The position numbers and the translations under genes are program-made. The notes under the pieces were generated by a model. The model had not been told where the DNA came from, did no database searches, and was given only the letters and a program-made list of their open reading frames with translations. From an uncultured virus (IMG/VR IMGVR_UViG_3300014205_009245) (lineage: Duplodnaviria > Heunggongvirae > Uroviricota > Caudoviricetes), in IMG/VR virus record IMGVR_UViG_3300014205_009245: DNA of 64,000 nt, one strand, 5' to 3'. Of the stretch, positions 17,435 through 26,708 are shown one piece after another. Within the stretch, counting starts at the first letter, position 1, and every line of letters starts with the position of its first letter.

Positions 17435-18148
17435 TCATTCAATCATTCCGTTGGCATATGCCGCCTTAAAAGCAATATATAGTTGATGTATCAATGGATT
17501 TTTTCTGTCTAGAATTTTTGAAATTTCCTTGTAGGGTGGAAGACATACCATATCTTGCGAATATATAAACGAAAGCCATATCTTATTTACAAAACTTGAT
17601 TTAAAAAATCTTGGTCCTCCCCTATTGGCTACCGTTTTATAATATTTTCTTGCCTCTTCAAATCTTCCCATACGATGGTATGCCACAGCGAGCCAAAACA
17701 TAGTAGAATCAATGTTTTTATATGATTTAATTTTACAAGATTGTTTGTAGCCTTCTAAATAGCATTTTGACATCTTTGCTTCATACGCTGGGTCATTAGT
17801 CTCAAACCAGCAATCAGAGTATCTATGTCCCATGCTCTCATTAAAAATCATTTTTGCAAATATCGAACCCTTGTTATTAACTATGCTCAGAATCTCTTCA
17901 ATCCTAGGAAGAAGGGCAGACCATTTGGATGGATTGGCATCATACCCATTTTTCTGAACCCCAAAAGCATTTCTTACCAACATCGCATATGGTTCTTGCC
18001 CGGATTTATCCTCATTTAAAAAATCAAGCAAGTCATTTATAAATGTGTCTATCGGGATTGACAGTTCAGACATTAATCCTGATATCTTTCTGCTCTGTTT
18101 ATCAATTTCGCTTCTTTTTTCTTTTACAGATGCCATTGGGATTTGCAC
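17435..18148 (-). CDS. hypothetical helical/TPR-like protein
   Basis: TPR-like FWLAVAYHRMGRFEEARKYY; ESMGHRYSD resembles the paralogues at 18124 and 19630. Confidence 0.6.
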   Translation of the reverse strand: MQIPMASVKEKRSEIDKQSRKISGLMSELSIPIDTFINDLLDFLNEDKSGQEPYAMLVRNAFGVQKNGYDANPSKWSALLPRIEEILSIVNNKGSIFAKMIFNESMGHRYSDCWFETNDPAYEAKMSKCYLEGYKQSCKIKSYKNIDSTMFWLAVAYHRMGRFEEARKYYKTVANRGGPRFFKSSFVNKIWLSFIYSQDMVCLPPYKEISKILDRKNPLIHQLYIAFKAAYANGMIE

Positions 18149-18951
18149 TCAAAAGCTCTTTTCCACATTTTATAAACCAATCTGTTGTCAAAATTATTAC
18201 ACTTTTCAAGAATTTCCCCCCATTGTTCTGGAGTGGAAATTTGATACAACACGCCAACAGCAGACCGCATCTTATTATACGCCCCTTTACTGTGACAATA
18301 CTTGTTGCAATTGTCTAAAAATAAATTTCCGTAATAATAAGACTGATCAAACTTTTTCATTTTGAATAAATAGATACAACACCAATAAGGAGCACTAAAA
18401 CTATTTTTTGCAACAGATAATTGTGTTGATAAAGATATAGTCTTGTCATACATCTCTATCATCTGTTTGAAATATACCTTTTTCTGGTTTATTAGGTATT
18501 GGTCACCAAGACGATGGGCATACATTTCACTCGCTATTATATAGGCATACGGGTTCTTGCCCTCGGCAGCAGATAAAAACCTTTCGACAAAATCAAAATA
18601 TAGACTCCAGTCAACAGGGGAATTTTTAAATTTACCCAGAACGTCTTCCCTGTCATTTAGACATCCCCACTTATCAAACATTCCATAGAGATATCTCCAG
18701 AATAACGACAAATGAACAGATCGCCCTGTGCCCATTGGAAATGCATTCAATATAAGAACAATAAGTTGATCTTTCTCCTCTAGATTAAAAAACGGAAGCG
18801 AATAGTAGATTTCTTTACCAGGACAACCCATATAGATTCCACCATCAATGGCATATTCAATTGAAGATAGCGTTGTCTTATTAATATCTCCGCCCTTACG
18901 AGAAACTATGCCTCTGCTCATTAATTCGTGTATTTGTTCGAACTGAAACAT
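18124..18951 (-). CDS. hypothetical protein, paralogue of 19630-20472
   Basis: Shared YMGCPGKE.Y.SLP.F, GRSVH.S.FWRY.YG.FDK.G, EM.AHR.GD, KN.FS..YWC. Confidence 0.7.
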   Translation of the reverse strand: MFQFEQIHELMSRGIVSRKGGDINKTTLSSIEYAIDGGIYMGCPGKEIYYSLPFFNLEEKDQLIVLILNAFPMGTGRSVHLSLFWRYLYGMFDKWGCLNDREDVLGKFKNSPVDWSLYFDFVERFLSAAEGKNPYAYIIASEMYAHRLGDQYLINQKKVYFKQMIEMYDKTISLSTQLSVAKNSFSAPYWCCIYLFKMKKFDQSYYYGNLFLDNCNKYCHSKGAYNKMRSAVGVLYQISTPEQWGEILEKCNNFDNRLVYKMWKRAFECKSQWHL

Positions 18952-18954
18952 AAT

Positions 18955-19629
18955 TTACCACTTGCTGTCCAATACAGAAATATCCATATCATCCAGTATA
19001 GCCAACAAATCACCGCGAGATGTAATTGATGGATGCTCTTTAAAATGTCGAATGCACTCATCAACGGATTTAAAATAAAATCGTATCTCGTCTTTTTTTT
19101 GATTAATTCGCTCGGCCATAACAAATGTCCGGTAACCCAGTTTTTTAAATATATCCATACATTCCGTAAAATTAATAAGATACCCCACAGTATACTCTAT
19201 ACTGATCATATCAGCCGCAGTTTTTAGAGTCTTTAATACAACATTTTCGTATCCTTCAACGTCTATCTTGATGTATGCAGGAACACCATACTTATTGATC
19301 AAAAAGTCCAGAGTGTTACATTTGACCTCCATTAATTTGCCCTTAGCCTTGCGATGAGTTTGTCTCCATTCTGGACAACAACTGGACATTGATGGGTCCT
19401 TCTTGCTACAACAGAAAGATACATATCCATCATGATCGGATATGCACATATTTTCTACTACTACATTCATATAATTTTCTGTATTTTGATCTATCAAAAA
19501 TTTGATCGGTTCTACAGCAATTACTTTTGCCCCTGCTTTGGTGTATGATCTGGAGAATGTTCCTCTATTGGATCCTATGTCAAAAACCAAGCGACCCTTT
19601 ATTTTCTCTACTATATAATTGTTATACAT
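18955..19629 (-). CDS. FkbM-family methyltransferase
   Basis: VFDIGSNRG, AVEP, TLD.LI..YGVPAYIKIDVEGYE. Confidence 0.9.
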   Translation of the reverse strand: MYNNYIVEKIKGRLVFDIGSNRGTFSRSYTKAGAKVIAVEPIKFLIDQNTENYMNVVVENMCISDHDGYVSFCCSKKDPSMSSCCPEWRQTHRKAKGKLMEVKCNTLDFLINKYGVPAYIKIDVEGYENVVLKTLKTAADMISIEYTVGYLINFTECMDIFKKLGYRTFVMAERINQKKDEIRFYFKSVDECIRHFKEHPSITSRGDLLAILDDMDISVLDSKW

Positions 19630-20472
19630 TTATTCCCCAATTCCCAATGTTGACTTATCAAAATTAAGCTTTCGAAAGCCAAAAGACTTCATTATCTTAT
19701 TATCAAAATTTTTATACATTTTACATACAGATTTCATTTCTTTACGAGAAAGAATCGTATTTAATCTGTTCAACGTACTTACAACTTTGCCCTTCGTAGT
19801 CACGCTTGTTGCGAATTGATTTGCCGCTTGTAAAAATCGTATGGCATAGGTCTTATACAACGCGTTATCGTTGCCAAACAAATACGAGGAACACCAGTAT
19901 AAAGAGCTAAAAGCATTCTTTTTTGCTTTAATTTGAATGGCTAATTTGTATGTATTTTCGTAACATTCAATCATTTGCTTTTTATGCTTTATTTTTTCCC
20001 CGACATCCGCAGACAGAACAAACTTGTCTCCAAATCTGTGGGCCAACATTTCTGTTGCAATTATCTGTCCAAAATGAATGCAGGACATAGATTTGTAATG
20101 TTCTATAACACTATCTACAAACGAAAAATATATAGGCCAATTACTAGTAATATTGTTCAGGTTATGTTTAGAGTTAAATACCCCTCGCTTATCAAATACT
20201 CCATAAAAATATCTCCAAAAAACAGAAAAATGAACCGATCTGCCAGGTGGCAATTTAGGGAAAGACATGCAAACTATAGGTATTAATTTCTCAATTTGCT
20301 CCACAGAAAATGAAGGCAAACTAAAATACAATTCCTTTCCGGGGCAACCCATATACATGCCAGATTCATAGGCATATTCTACAGGAGACATATGGTCGTG
20401 CTTCCTTGGAACAATACTCCTTTGCAACAAAAAAATAATATTATCGAATGGTATCGAATCCATGTTTCTCAC
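19630..20472 (-). CDS. hypothetical protein, paralogue of 18124-18951
   Basis: Same motif set as 18124-18951. Confidence 0.7.
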   Translation of the reverse strand: MRNMDSIPFDNIIFLLQRSIVPRKHDHMSPVEYAYESGMYMGCPGKELYFSLPSFSVEQIEKLIPIVCMSFPKLPPGRSVHFSVFWRYFYGVFDKRGVFNSKHNLNNITSNWPIYFSFVDSVIEHYKSMSCIHFGQIIATEMLAHRFGDKFVLSADVGEKIKHKKQMIECYENTYKLAIQIKAKKNAFSSLYWCSSYLFGNDNALYKTYAIRFLQAANQFATSVTTKGKVVSTLNRLNTILSRKEMKSVCKMYKNFDNKIMKSFGFRKLNFDKSTLGIGE

Positions 20473-21401
20473 ATATCATTTATATAGTTTAACAGCAGTT
20501 CTGAAGGATTAATTATTGAGTATCCTTCTTTGAACTTGTTTACACCATTATCCGATATTCTTTTTATCTCTTGCGGATTTGAGATCAGGTAATCCAGCTT
20601 CTCACAGAAATTATCTAGATTAAATGACAGATAATCATCTCCTTCTACCAAGTTCGCCCCGGGTAATAGTTTTATATTATTGATTGATTCATGTGCTAGC
20701 ATGCAAGATCCACAGCACAATGTTATTAAATGTCTTATACATGCCTCTCCATATCCAGGGACATTTACTGAGATTTTTGTTTGTGCAATATGATGGTTAT
20801 AACTAATCTTTTTATCAAAACCCAAACTCATGCTAACCTGATTTTCATCTACATAATTGTTTAGCAGGTCTTGTACTTTGCGCCTGATATACATTGACGA
20901 ATGTTCCGACCCCTCCATGAGACCAACCTTATAAGAAATATCAATACTTTTTTCCCCCGATTCGGGTAAGTCTATTTTTTGCCAATCTTTGGGACACATA
21001 TTTGTTTTAAGTGGAAAAGTTGTTGACGATATAATATTGTATTCTTGCATTTTGAGTATATTGGGAGTATTTTTAATACGAGGCAGTTTTGGTAATCTGC
21101 TGAATCCATCTACGCTACCGCTATCGTGGGCGTCAAAGATGATCGTTTTTTTATGATTAATAATGATGTCATCGGTGTTATCGATTATTTGTTTACATTT
21201 GACAAATTTATGGTGGTTCTCGTCCGCATATGTTTGATATATAATAACCACATCTTCCGGAATGTTATTTAATCCATTAAACTGTTTTAGGCCAATAGGT
21301 TGCAAATCTATTTTCCCATTTTGGTGCAAATACGTCAGCATACATGTTAAATAAGGAATTGCAATTCCGCTGTGAATTACATAAATTACCTTGGGCACCA
21401 T
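20469..21401 (-). CDS. putative GT-B glycosyltransferase (Glyco_trans_1_2/CgeB-like C-terminus)
   Basis: KISVNVPGYGEACIRH..TLCCGS, EKLDYLISNP..IKRISDNG. Confidence 0.65.
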   Translation of the reverse strand: MVPKVIYVIHSGIAIPYLTCMLTYLHQNGKIDLQPIGLKQFNGLNNIPEDVVIIYQTYADENHHKFVKCKQIIDNTDDIIINHKKTIIFDAHDSGSVDGFSRLPKLPRIKNTPNILKMQEYNIISSTTFPLKTNMCPKDWQKIDLPESGEKSIDISYKVGLMEGSEHSSMYIRRKVQDLLNNYVDENQVSMSLGFDKKISYNHHIAQTKISVNVPGYGEACIRHLITLCCGSCMLAHESINNIKLLPGANLVEGDDYLSFNLDNFCEKLDYLISNPQEIKRISDNGVNKFKEGYSIINPSELLLNYINDM

Positions 21402-21459
21402 AGAGGATATTTCTCCCTGAAAACTAAATTATACCGTATCAAATTAAACCAGGATACAT

Positions 21460-22194
21460 ATGTTACATATTGCAACAACCAACTCCAATATTCCTTTGGT
21501 TATTAATAATCTTTTCGAATCAATCAAGCGAAACTGTTCTCAAGATTTCATATTACATGTATGCAATGTTCACAATTCAGAGTGGATACCTCAAGAAGGT
21601 TGCTCCTTAGAAATATATACAGAAAATAACAACCAAATCAAATTTTATGATTTCTTACCCGACTCGGTTCATTCGTCAGTCAGACATTCTATGGCACTAA
21701 ACTATATAAAAACAATACTTCCTCAGGATGAGTTGGCAATTATTTGTGACGCGGATATTCATATGTGCAAAAATTTTGACAAGATACTGGTAGAGGAATA
21801 CCAAATATCAAATTGTTCGTTCATCGCGACCGAAAATAGTAATAAAAATTGCTCGCACTTACCGCATCCCACGCTATTCTGTGGGAAAATGCAAACATTG
21901 ACAGATTATAATGTAGATTTTTTGGCCGTGCCAAAAATAGAAAAAAATCACCCAGGAGGAATCGTTCGCGGTAAATCTGAAACCGGGCACAAACTTGGGA
22001 AAATACCAAATTGGCTTCATTTAATACAAAAGCCACAATTCACAATATTTAAAAAAAATACCTATGCAATTTTTCTACAGAATAATTTGATCGCATTCCA
22101 CTTTAAATCTGGTAGAAAATTCAACGGAGCGCCTCATTTCAAAGAGTGGATAAGATTATGCCGCTCATCAGAATCTTTAACCTTAATTCCCTGA
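21460..22194 (+). CDS. putative GT-A fold glycosyltransferase
   Basis: RHSMALN, ICDADIH (DxD motif), ETG; AGGA RBS; one of few long plus-strand ORFs. Confidence 0.55.
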   Translation: MLHIATTNSNIPLVINNLFESIKRNCSQDFILHVCNVHNSEWIPQEGCSLEIYTENNNQIKFYDFLPDSVHSSVRHSMALNYIKTILPQDELAIICDADIHMCKNFDKILVEEYQISNCSFIATENSNKNCSHLPHPTLFCGKMQTLTDYNVDFLAVPKIEKNHPGGIVRGKSETGHKLGKIPNWLHLIQKPQFTIFKKNTYAIFLQNNLIAFHFKSGRKFNGAPHFKEWIRLCRSSESLTLIP

Positions 22195-22868
22195 AACTCA
22201 ATCATTCTCAGCATTTCAGCTCTATCATTATCCTTGTTTTTTCCCCTTGATATGAAATTATGAATTAACGCTAGATCTTTTAGGGCACATAATTTTATAA
22301 AATCAGATTGCTGAGCCCTTCGTGACCCTTCTATTTCCGATTTCCACGCATTCTCCCCATCGCGGAGAATCTGCAACAAATATTCCTTTCGAAAAAATGA
22401 GGGGCTTATTGCAAATAAGTAATTGTAGGCATCATTAATTTCGGCATAAAATTCGCGGTAGTTTTTGAGACGAGATTGTCCGTTAAAAGTTCTCTTGCTC
22501 GTTACCATTTTATTCCCATTCAGCCTAAAAGACCCCACCTTTTTATTTTTTAACATTACTTTGTAGCAATTATTTATGATTTCTGCATCTGGAATTCTTG
22601 CTAATATGTGGTCCTCACAACTATGGTATATTATCTCATCTGGGATAGAATTGAGGGCATAAATCATATTGCTGCCATAATCCATGTCTTGATTCAAATA
22701 AATACAGTGTATCCTAGATTCCGATATGCGAAGATCTTTCGGAATAATAATTTGTTTACTATTGGTGGCTATGAATACCTCGTCTATTAAATTATACCTA
22801 AACTGGGCACGACACCATAATGGTATTATATGTATACGATCTTCAGGAACTTGTATTAATGCGTTCAT
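22134..22868 (-). CDS. putative glycosyltransferase-like protein, paralogue of 50101-50922
   Basis: Shared CEDHI, VGS.RL, Y.YL....PS...K.YL..IL..GENAW..E..GS.RA. Confidence 0.6.
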   Translation of the reverse strand: MNALIQVPEDRIHIIPLWCRAQFRYNLIDEVFIATNSKQIIIPKDLRISESRIHCIYLNQDMDYGSNMIYALNSIPDEIIYHSCEDHILARIPDAEIINNCYKVMLKNKKVGSFRLNGNKMVTSKRTFNGQSRLKNYREFYAEINDAYNYLFAISPSFFRKEYLLQILRDGENAWKSEIEGSRRAQQSDFIKLCALKDLALIHNFISRGKNKDNDRAEMLRMIEFQGIKVKDSDERHNLIHSLK

Positions 22869-24265
22869 GGATGATCATCGACTTTAAATATGTATCTCTC
22901 TACCATAAATTTGTGGTATAAATTTCTTAACTTCAGAAAAAATACATTTGGCGGAATTAGTATAATTATGGCCAGGCAAATATACAGCAGCGAGTATGGC
23001 AGTTTCGCGGCAATGGCACCGAGACAATAGATATTATATTGTATATCTTTCTCTCTTTGAGAAAAACACTTCAAAGAGGATGGTGAAGAATATTCTGTTA
23101 AACCGTTACCCCCAGTCATGTCTCCTACAAAATTACTATCTATATATCCCTTTCTGAGAGATTCCTCATACAGCTTTGTTCCATTCATCGGAGTAGTTAT
23201 CGAATACGCGGTATATGTGACTTTACCTTTTTTGCTCATAAAAATAGTATTTATATCGTCTCGGATAGTGGATTCTGGTGCAGATAGCATATAGTTAACC
23301 CACGTTCTTATATTATGGCTCCGGATTTTGCACAAATTATATTCAATATCAACATTTTTTCTCATCCGCCGGTTCAAAACATGTTCTCTAACATATGGAG
23401 ACGTGCTATCCACGGACAAATGTACAGAATAGCATCCAGCTTCGCTGAGCATCGTCAGAAGTTCGTCAGTTACTATATCAAATCTTAAATAACAGTTAAA
23501 CGGTAGTCCAATCCTGGATTTGTATTTCTGCACAAATTCCCTCATCCAGTTGTCTGCTCTTATGGCAAATATATCATCCCCAAATTTTACAAAATCTGTT
23601 TTATAATTTTTCTTAACGTGCTCTATTTCCTGGATTACTCTTTCAACAGAGAATCGTCGAATGGTCTTCCCTTTATGTCGATATAAATCATGGTAGTAAT
23701 TATTACAACAATAGCTGCATGCATATGGACATCCCCTCGTCGCATAAAACGTCTTTTTTGATACATTTCCCAAAAATGAATTCGACAAAATCAAATCTCT
23801 GTCCAACGCAGGCAGCAAATCCAAATCCGATATCAATGGCCGGACTGGATTTGACCTTTTATTTGTTATAAGATTTAGAACGTCATCGAAGGACTCCTTA
23901 TTTTCAACTCTATCTAAAAATTCCCCAAAAGCCTCTTCGCCCTCCCCGACGCAATATGCATCAACACAACTTTCGCTAAATGATTCCGGAAAAAATGTAG
24001 CCTGAGGACCACCCAATATTGATATGAATTGGTGTGCAGACATGGAATCTTTGTGGTTTTTGACAATATTTTTAAAACTTAACACATTAGCGGAATATGC
24101 CACGATATCGGGCTTAATTTTCAAAACTAGTGTTCTCAGATCCGAATTTGACAGTAAACAGAAATGAGTCATGTGTCCTTTCTGCTTGGCTACAGCAGAA
24201 AGACAAGCAATTGCTATATGATCGGCGTAGCTCAGGGTATCTATGACAAATATAATATTTAGCAT
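22865..24265 (-). CDS. B12-binding radical SAM protein (class B methyltransferase-like)
   Basis: GGPQAT, VGEGE, TRGCPYACSYC, FGDDIF. Confidence 0.92.
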   Translation of the reverse strand: MLNIIFVIDTLSYADHIAIACLSAVAKQKGHMTHFCLLSNSDLRTLVLKIKPDIVAYSANVLSFKNIVKNHKDSMSAHQFISILGGPQATFFPESFSESCVDAYCVGEGEEAFGEFLDRVENKESFDDVLNLITNKRSNPVRPLISDLDLLPALDRDLILSNSFLGNVSKKTFYATRGCPYACSYCCNNYYHDLYRHKGKTIRRFSVERVIQEIEHVKKNYKTDFVKFGDDIFAIRADNWMREFVQKYKSRIGLPFNCYLRFDIVTDELLTMLSEAGCYSVHLSVDSTSPYVREHVLNRRMRKNVDIEYNLCKIRSHNIRTWVNYMLSAPESTIRDDINTIFMSKKGKVTYTAYSITTPMNGTKLYEESLRKGYIDSNFVGDMTGGNGLTEYSSPSSLKCFSQREKDIQYNIYCLGAIAAKLPYSLLYICLAIIILIPPNVFFLKLRNLYHKFMVERYIFKVDDHP

Positions 24266-25209
24266 AATATTTTATATTTAATTAAATCATAACTAAATGT
24301 TTTATCATTTAAAAATAGATTATCCAATAAAAATTTATGTAGTATTTTTGGATTTAAATGTTTATTATTTTTATACATTTTTTCATCTGGAAGGTATTTT
24401 TCAAAATCATTTTTTGTAGAAAAACCATATCCAATTGACTTTCCAAGATGAAACAAATCGAATATATTGCAATAATCTTTCTTTTCTACGCTACCAAATT
24501 TTTTCCTATCCATTTTCGAGGATTTAGGAAAACTCCTGTGCTCTACACTTGTATTGGTGCACACTCCACAAGACATGCCTACTGCAATTAACATCAAAAA
24601 GAAATGCTGCTCAAAATTAGAGTGTACTAATTTATCTATCAGCCTATATTTATACATCTTCAAGAAATCCTTCTTCATCATACAAATACATAAGCATACC
24701 ACCTCATTTATCAGTAAAATATATGGAGACGGGTTGTGCTCTCTAATTTTTTTATCGAGAGTTATCCCAAATTTATCTCCATAGTATTCATTGAACTTAT
24801 CTGGAATAAATTTTTTAGAAGATCTGGTAGTAATTGATCCTATAGATGGGTCATTAAAATCGTTCAACATCAACTGAATATCATTGCTTGTAGTAAATAA
24901 AATGTCCTCAGAACAAAATATGGTATAATCGTATTCTTTTGCAAATATTTTTATTGCAAGATTCATTGTCATAAAAACAGTATAATCTCCATCGGTCAGT
25001 ATACACTTATATCCATAGTCCTTACATATTTCATGTAATTTTTTCCTAAATTGTTCGCTAGATCTGTTGTCGGAAACCACGACATCTAATTGATAGTCTC
25101 CTTTTTGCGATTTCCATGATGCCAACATTTCAACGACATCATTCGTCATATCCACAAATCCATATGTGCAGACAATACCCAGTATTTTAGACATCCAAAT
25201 CCTCCACAT
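24259..25209 (-). CDS. putative glycosyltransferase family 2-like protein
   Basis: VVVSDNRSS, MNLAI...YDYTIFCSEDI. Confidence 0.6.
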   Translation of the reverse strand: MWRIWMSKILGIVCTYGFVDMTNDVVEMLASWKSQKGDYQLDVVVSDNRSSEQFRKKLHEICKDYGYKCILTDGDYTVFMTMNLAIKIFAKEYDYTIFCSEDILFTTSNDIQLMLNDFNDPSIGSITTRSSKKFIPDKFNEYYGDKFGITLDKKIREHNPSPYILLINEVVCLCICMMKKDFLKMYKYRLIDKLVHSNFEQHFFLMLIAVGMSCGVCTNTSVEHRSFPKSSKMDRKKFGSVEKKDYCNIFDLFHLGKSIGYGFSTKNDFEKYLPDEKMYKNNKHLNPKILHKFLLDNLFLNDKTFSYDLIKYKILC

Positions 25210-25864
25210 ATTTTATGTAATCCAGAGAAGATTCTTTGCGCACAAACACCCCGTCTCCGGCCTGCACTGATTCAACTTCGTGAAAATAAACGAATCTGAA
25301 TCCTCTTTTGCTCATAAAATTTTCCCAATCCTCATACAGCATTGAATAATCATAGACTTTTATCTTGGATATTTCTGCGACTATTATATCGAAATTATTC
25401 AGGGATTCTTTTGCTCCCTCGATAACGAAATGCTCTGTCCCCTGCGTGTCAATATGTAACAGATTATATTCGCATAGATCGATGTTGTTTTCTTGGACCA
25501 ATGAATCCAAAGTTTGAACTTTTACTTCTGATGTGCTCTTCATTTTCATCCATTGGAATGGTATATCCCTGTTTTTGTAAAGCGGAGAAAGAGAGTGACT
25601 ATCACCCTGATTACATATATAAAATGGGGCAAAAGTATCAATATTAGATATGGCGACATTAAAGCATTTCACATTCTCGCCCTGAATTTTGCTTCTATTT
25701 ACTCTACTAACAAGATTCTTGAACCATTTTTTATATGGCTCAACATAGATTTGATTTCTTATTCCCGCTGTCCTCCACTCTATTTCATCTCCTTTTTTCC
25801 CTATACCAATTTGAACAACTCCCCTCACACATTCGCGGAGCATTTTTTGAGGAAGAAAAACCAT
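25187..25864 (-). CDS. FkbM-family methyltransferase
   Basis: YVEP, FNVAISN, TLDSL, LHIDTQGTE. Confidence 0.88.
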   Translation of the reverse strand: MVFLPQKMLRECVRGVVQIGIGKKGDEIEWRTAGIRNQIYVEPYKKWFKNLVSRVNRSKIQGENVKCFNVAISNIDTFAPFYICNQGDSHSLSPLYKNRDIPFQWMKMKSTSEVKVQTLDSLVQENNIDLCEYNLLHIDTQGTEHFVIEGAKESLNNFDIIVAEISKIKVYDYSMLYEDWENFMSKRGFRFVYFHEVESVQAGDGVFVRKESSLDYIKYVEDLDV

Positions 25865-25892
25865 AATCTACCCACTTTCTGAAATTGATCTT

Positions 25893-26696
25893 TTACATTC
25901 GGCTTTGGGACACGGTATATATAGATTTATTAAACTCGAAAAATCTACTTTCTATAACTTGTTTCAATATTCCGTCTTTGAATATCCACTTTGAATCATA
26001 TAAATCCTCATCAAATTTCCTTGCAGCAGCAGGCTTAGTGGCTTCTTTGCTTAATTTTGTTTTGAGGTCTTCAAAAACGCTCCCTTTGTCACAATACTTA
26101 ATAATTGCTCCGTTCACCACTGCCCTTAGAAAAAGGTCCTGAGGAGCTAGTCTTCTGACAAAATTGGCATCGTATCCTCCTAGCTCAAAAAAGAAATTTC
26201 TATTCATTACGGAACATCCTGTGGGTAATTGAATTCCAAAACGCTCTATAACAGGTTTAAGATTATTATATAGTCTGCAACCTTTTGGGGTATCTTTTTT
26301 CTCCTCTATAATTGCGATTCCCGCTTGGATAAATTGTTTAGTGCGCTTTTCAAAAGCCGGTTCCCACCAGTTTAATGATACTATGGTTTTATGGTTCCCA
26401 GAATCTTTATATATTGAATATGCCTCATCCCATGCATAGGGAGAGAATCTTTCATCGTCAGCTATGATGCCAACTGTTTCTCCTTTTGCATGATGCATTC
26501 CAATCTGAAGACATTGAGTAAGCATAACAGATGTTACTACAAATTTATGAGAAACATGCAACTTTTCCTTACCAAAATAATCGACTGGACCAACAAAAAT
26601 TATTTCCATATCCAGGTCAGTTTTGATGCTCGATATCATTCTCATGCATACGTCTTTCGTTCTGGCGGTTGGGCATATCAAACTGAGTTGTATCAT
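25893..26696 (-). CDS. glycosyltransferase family 2-like, paralogue of 29742-30599
   Basis: LSLICPTAR, AKGETV.I.ADD, ELGGYD..F, DLFLR. Confidence 0.75.
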   Translation of the reverse strand: MIQLSLICPTARTKDVCMRMISSIKTDLDMEIIFVGPVDYFGKEKLHVSHKFVVTSVMLTQCLQIGMHHAKGETVGIIADDERFSPYAWDEAYSIYKDSGNHKTIVSLNWWEPAFEKRTKQFIQAGIAIIEEKKDTPKGCRLYNNLKPVIERFGIQLPTGCSVMNRNFFFELGGYDANFVRRLAPQDLFLRAVVNGAIIKYCDKGSVFEDLKTKLSKEATKPAAARKFDEDLYDSKWIFKDGILKQVIESRFFEFNKSIYTVSQSRM

Positions 26697-26708
26697 ACTA
26701 ATCCTTTC

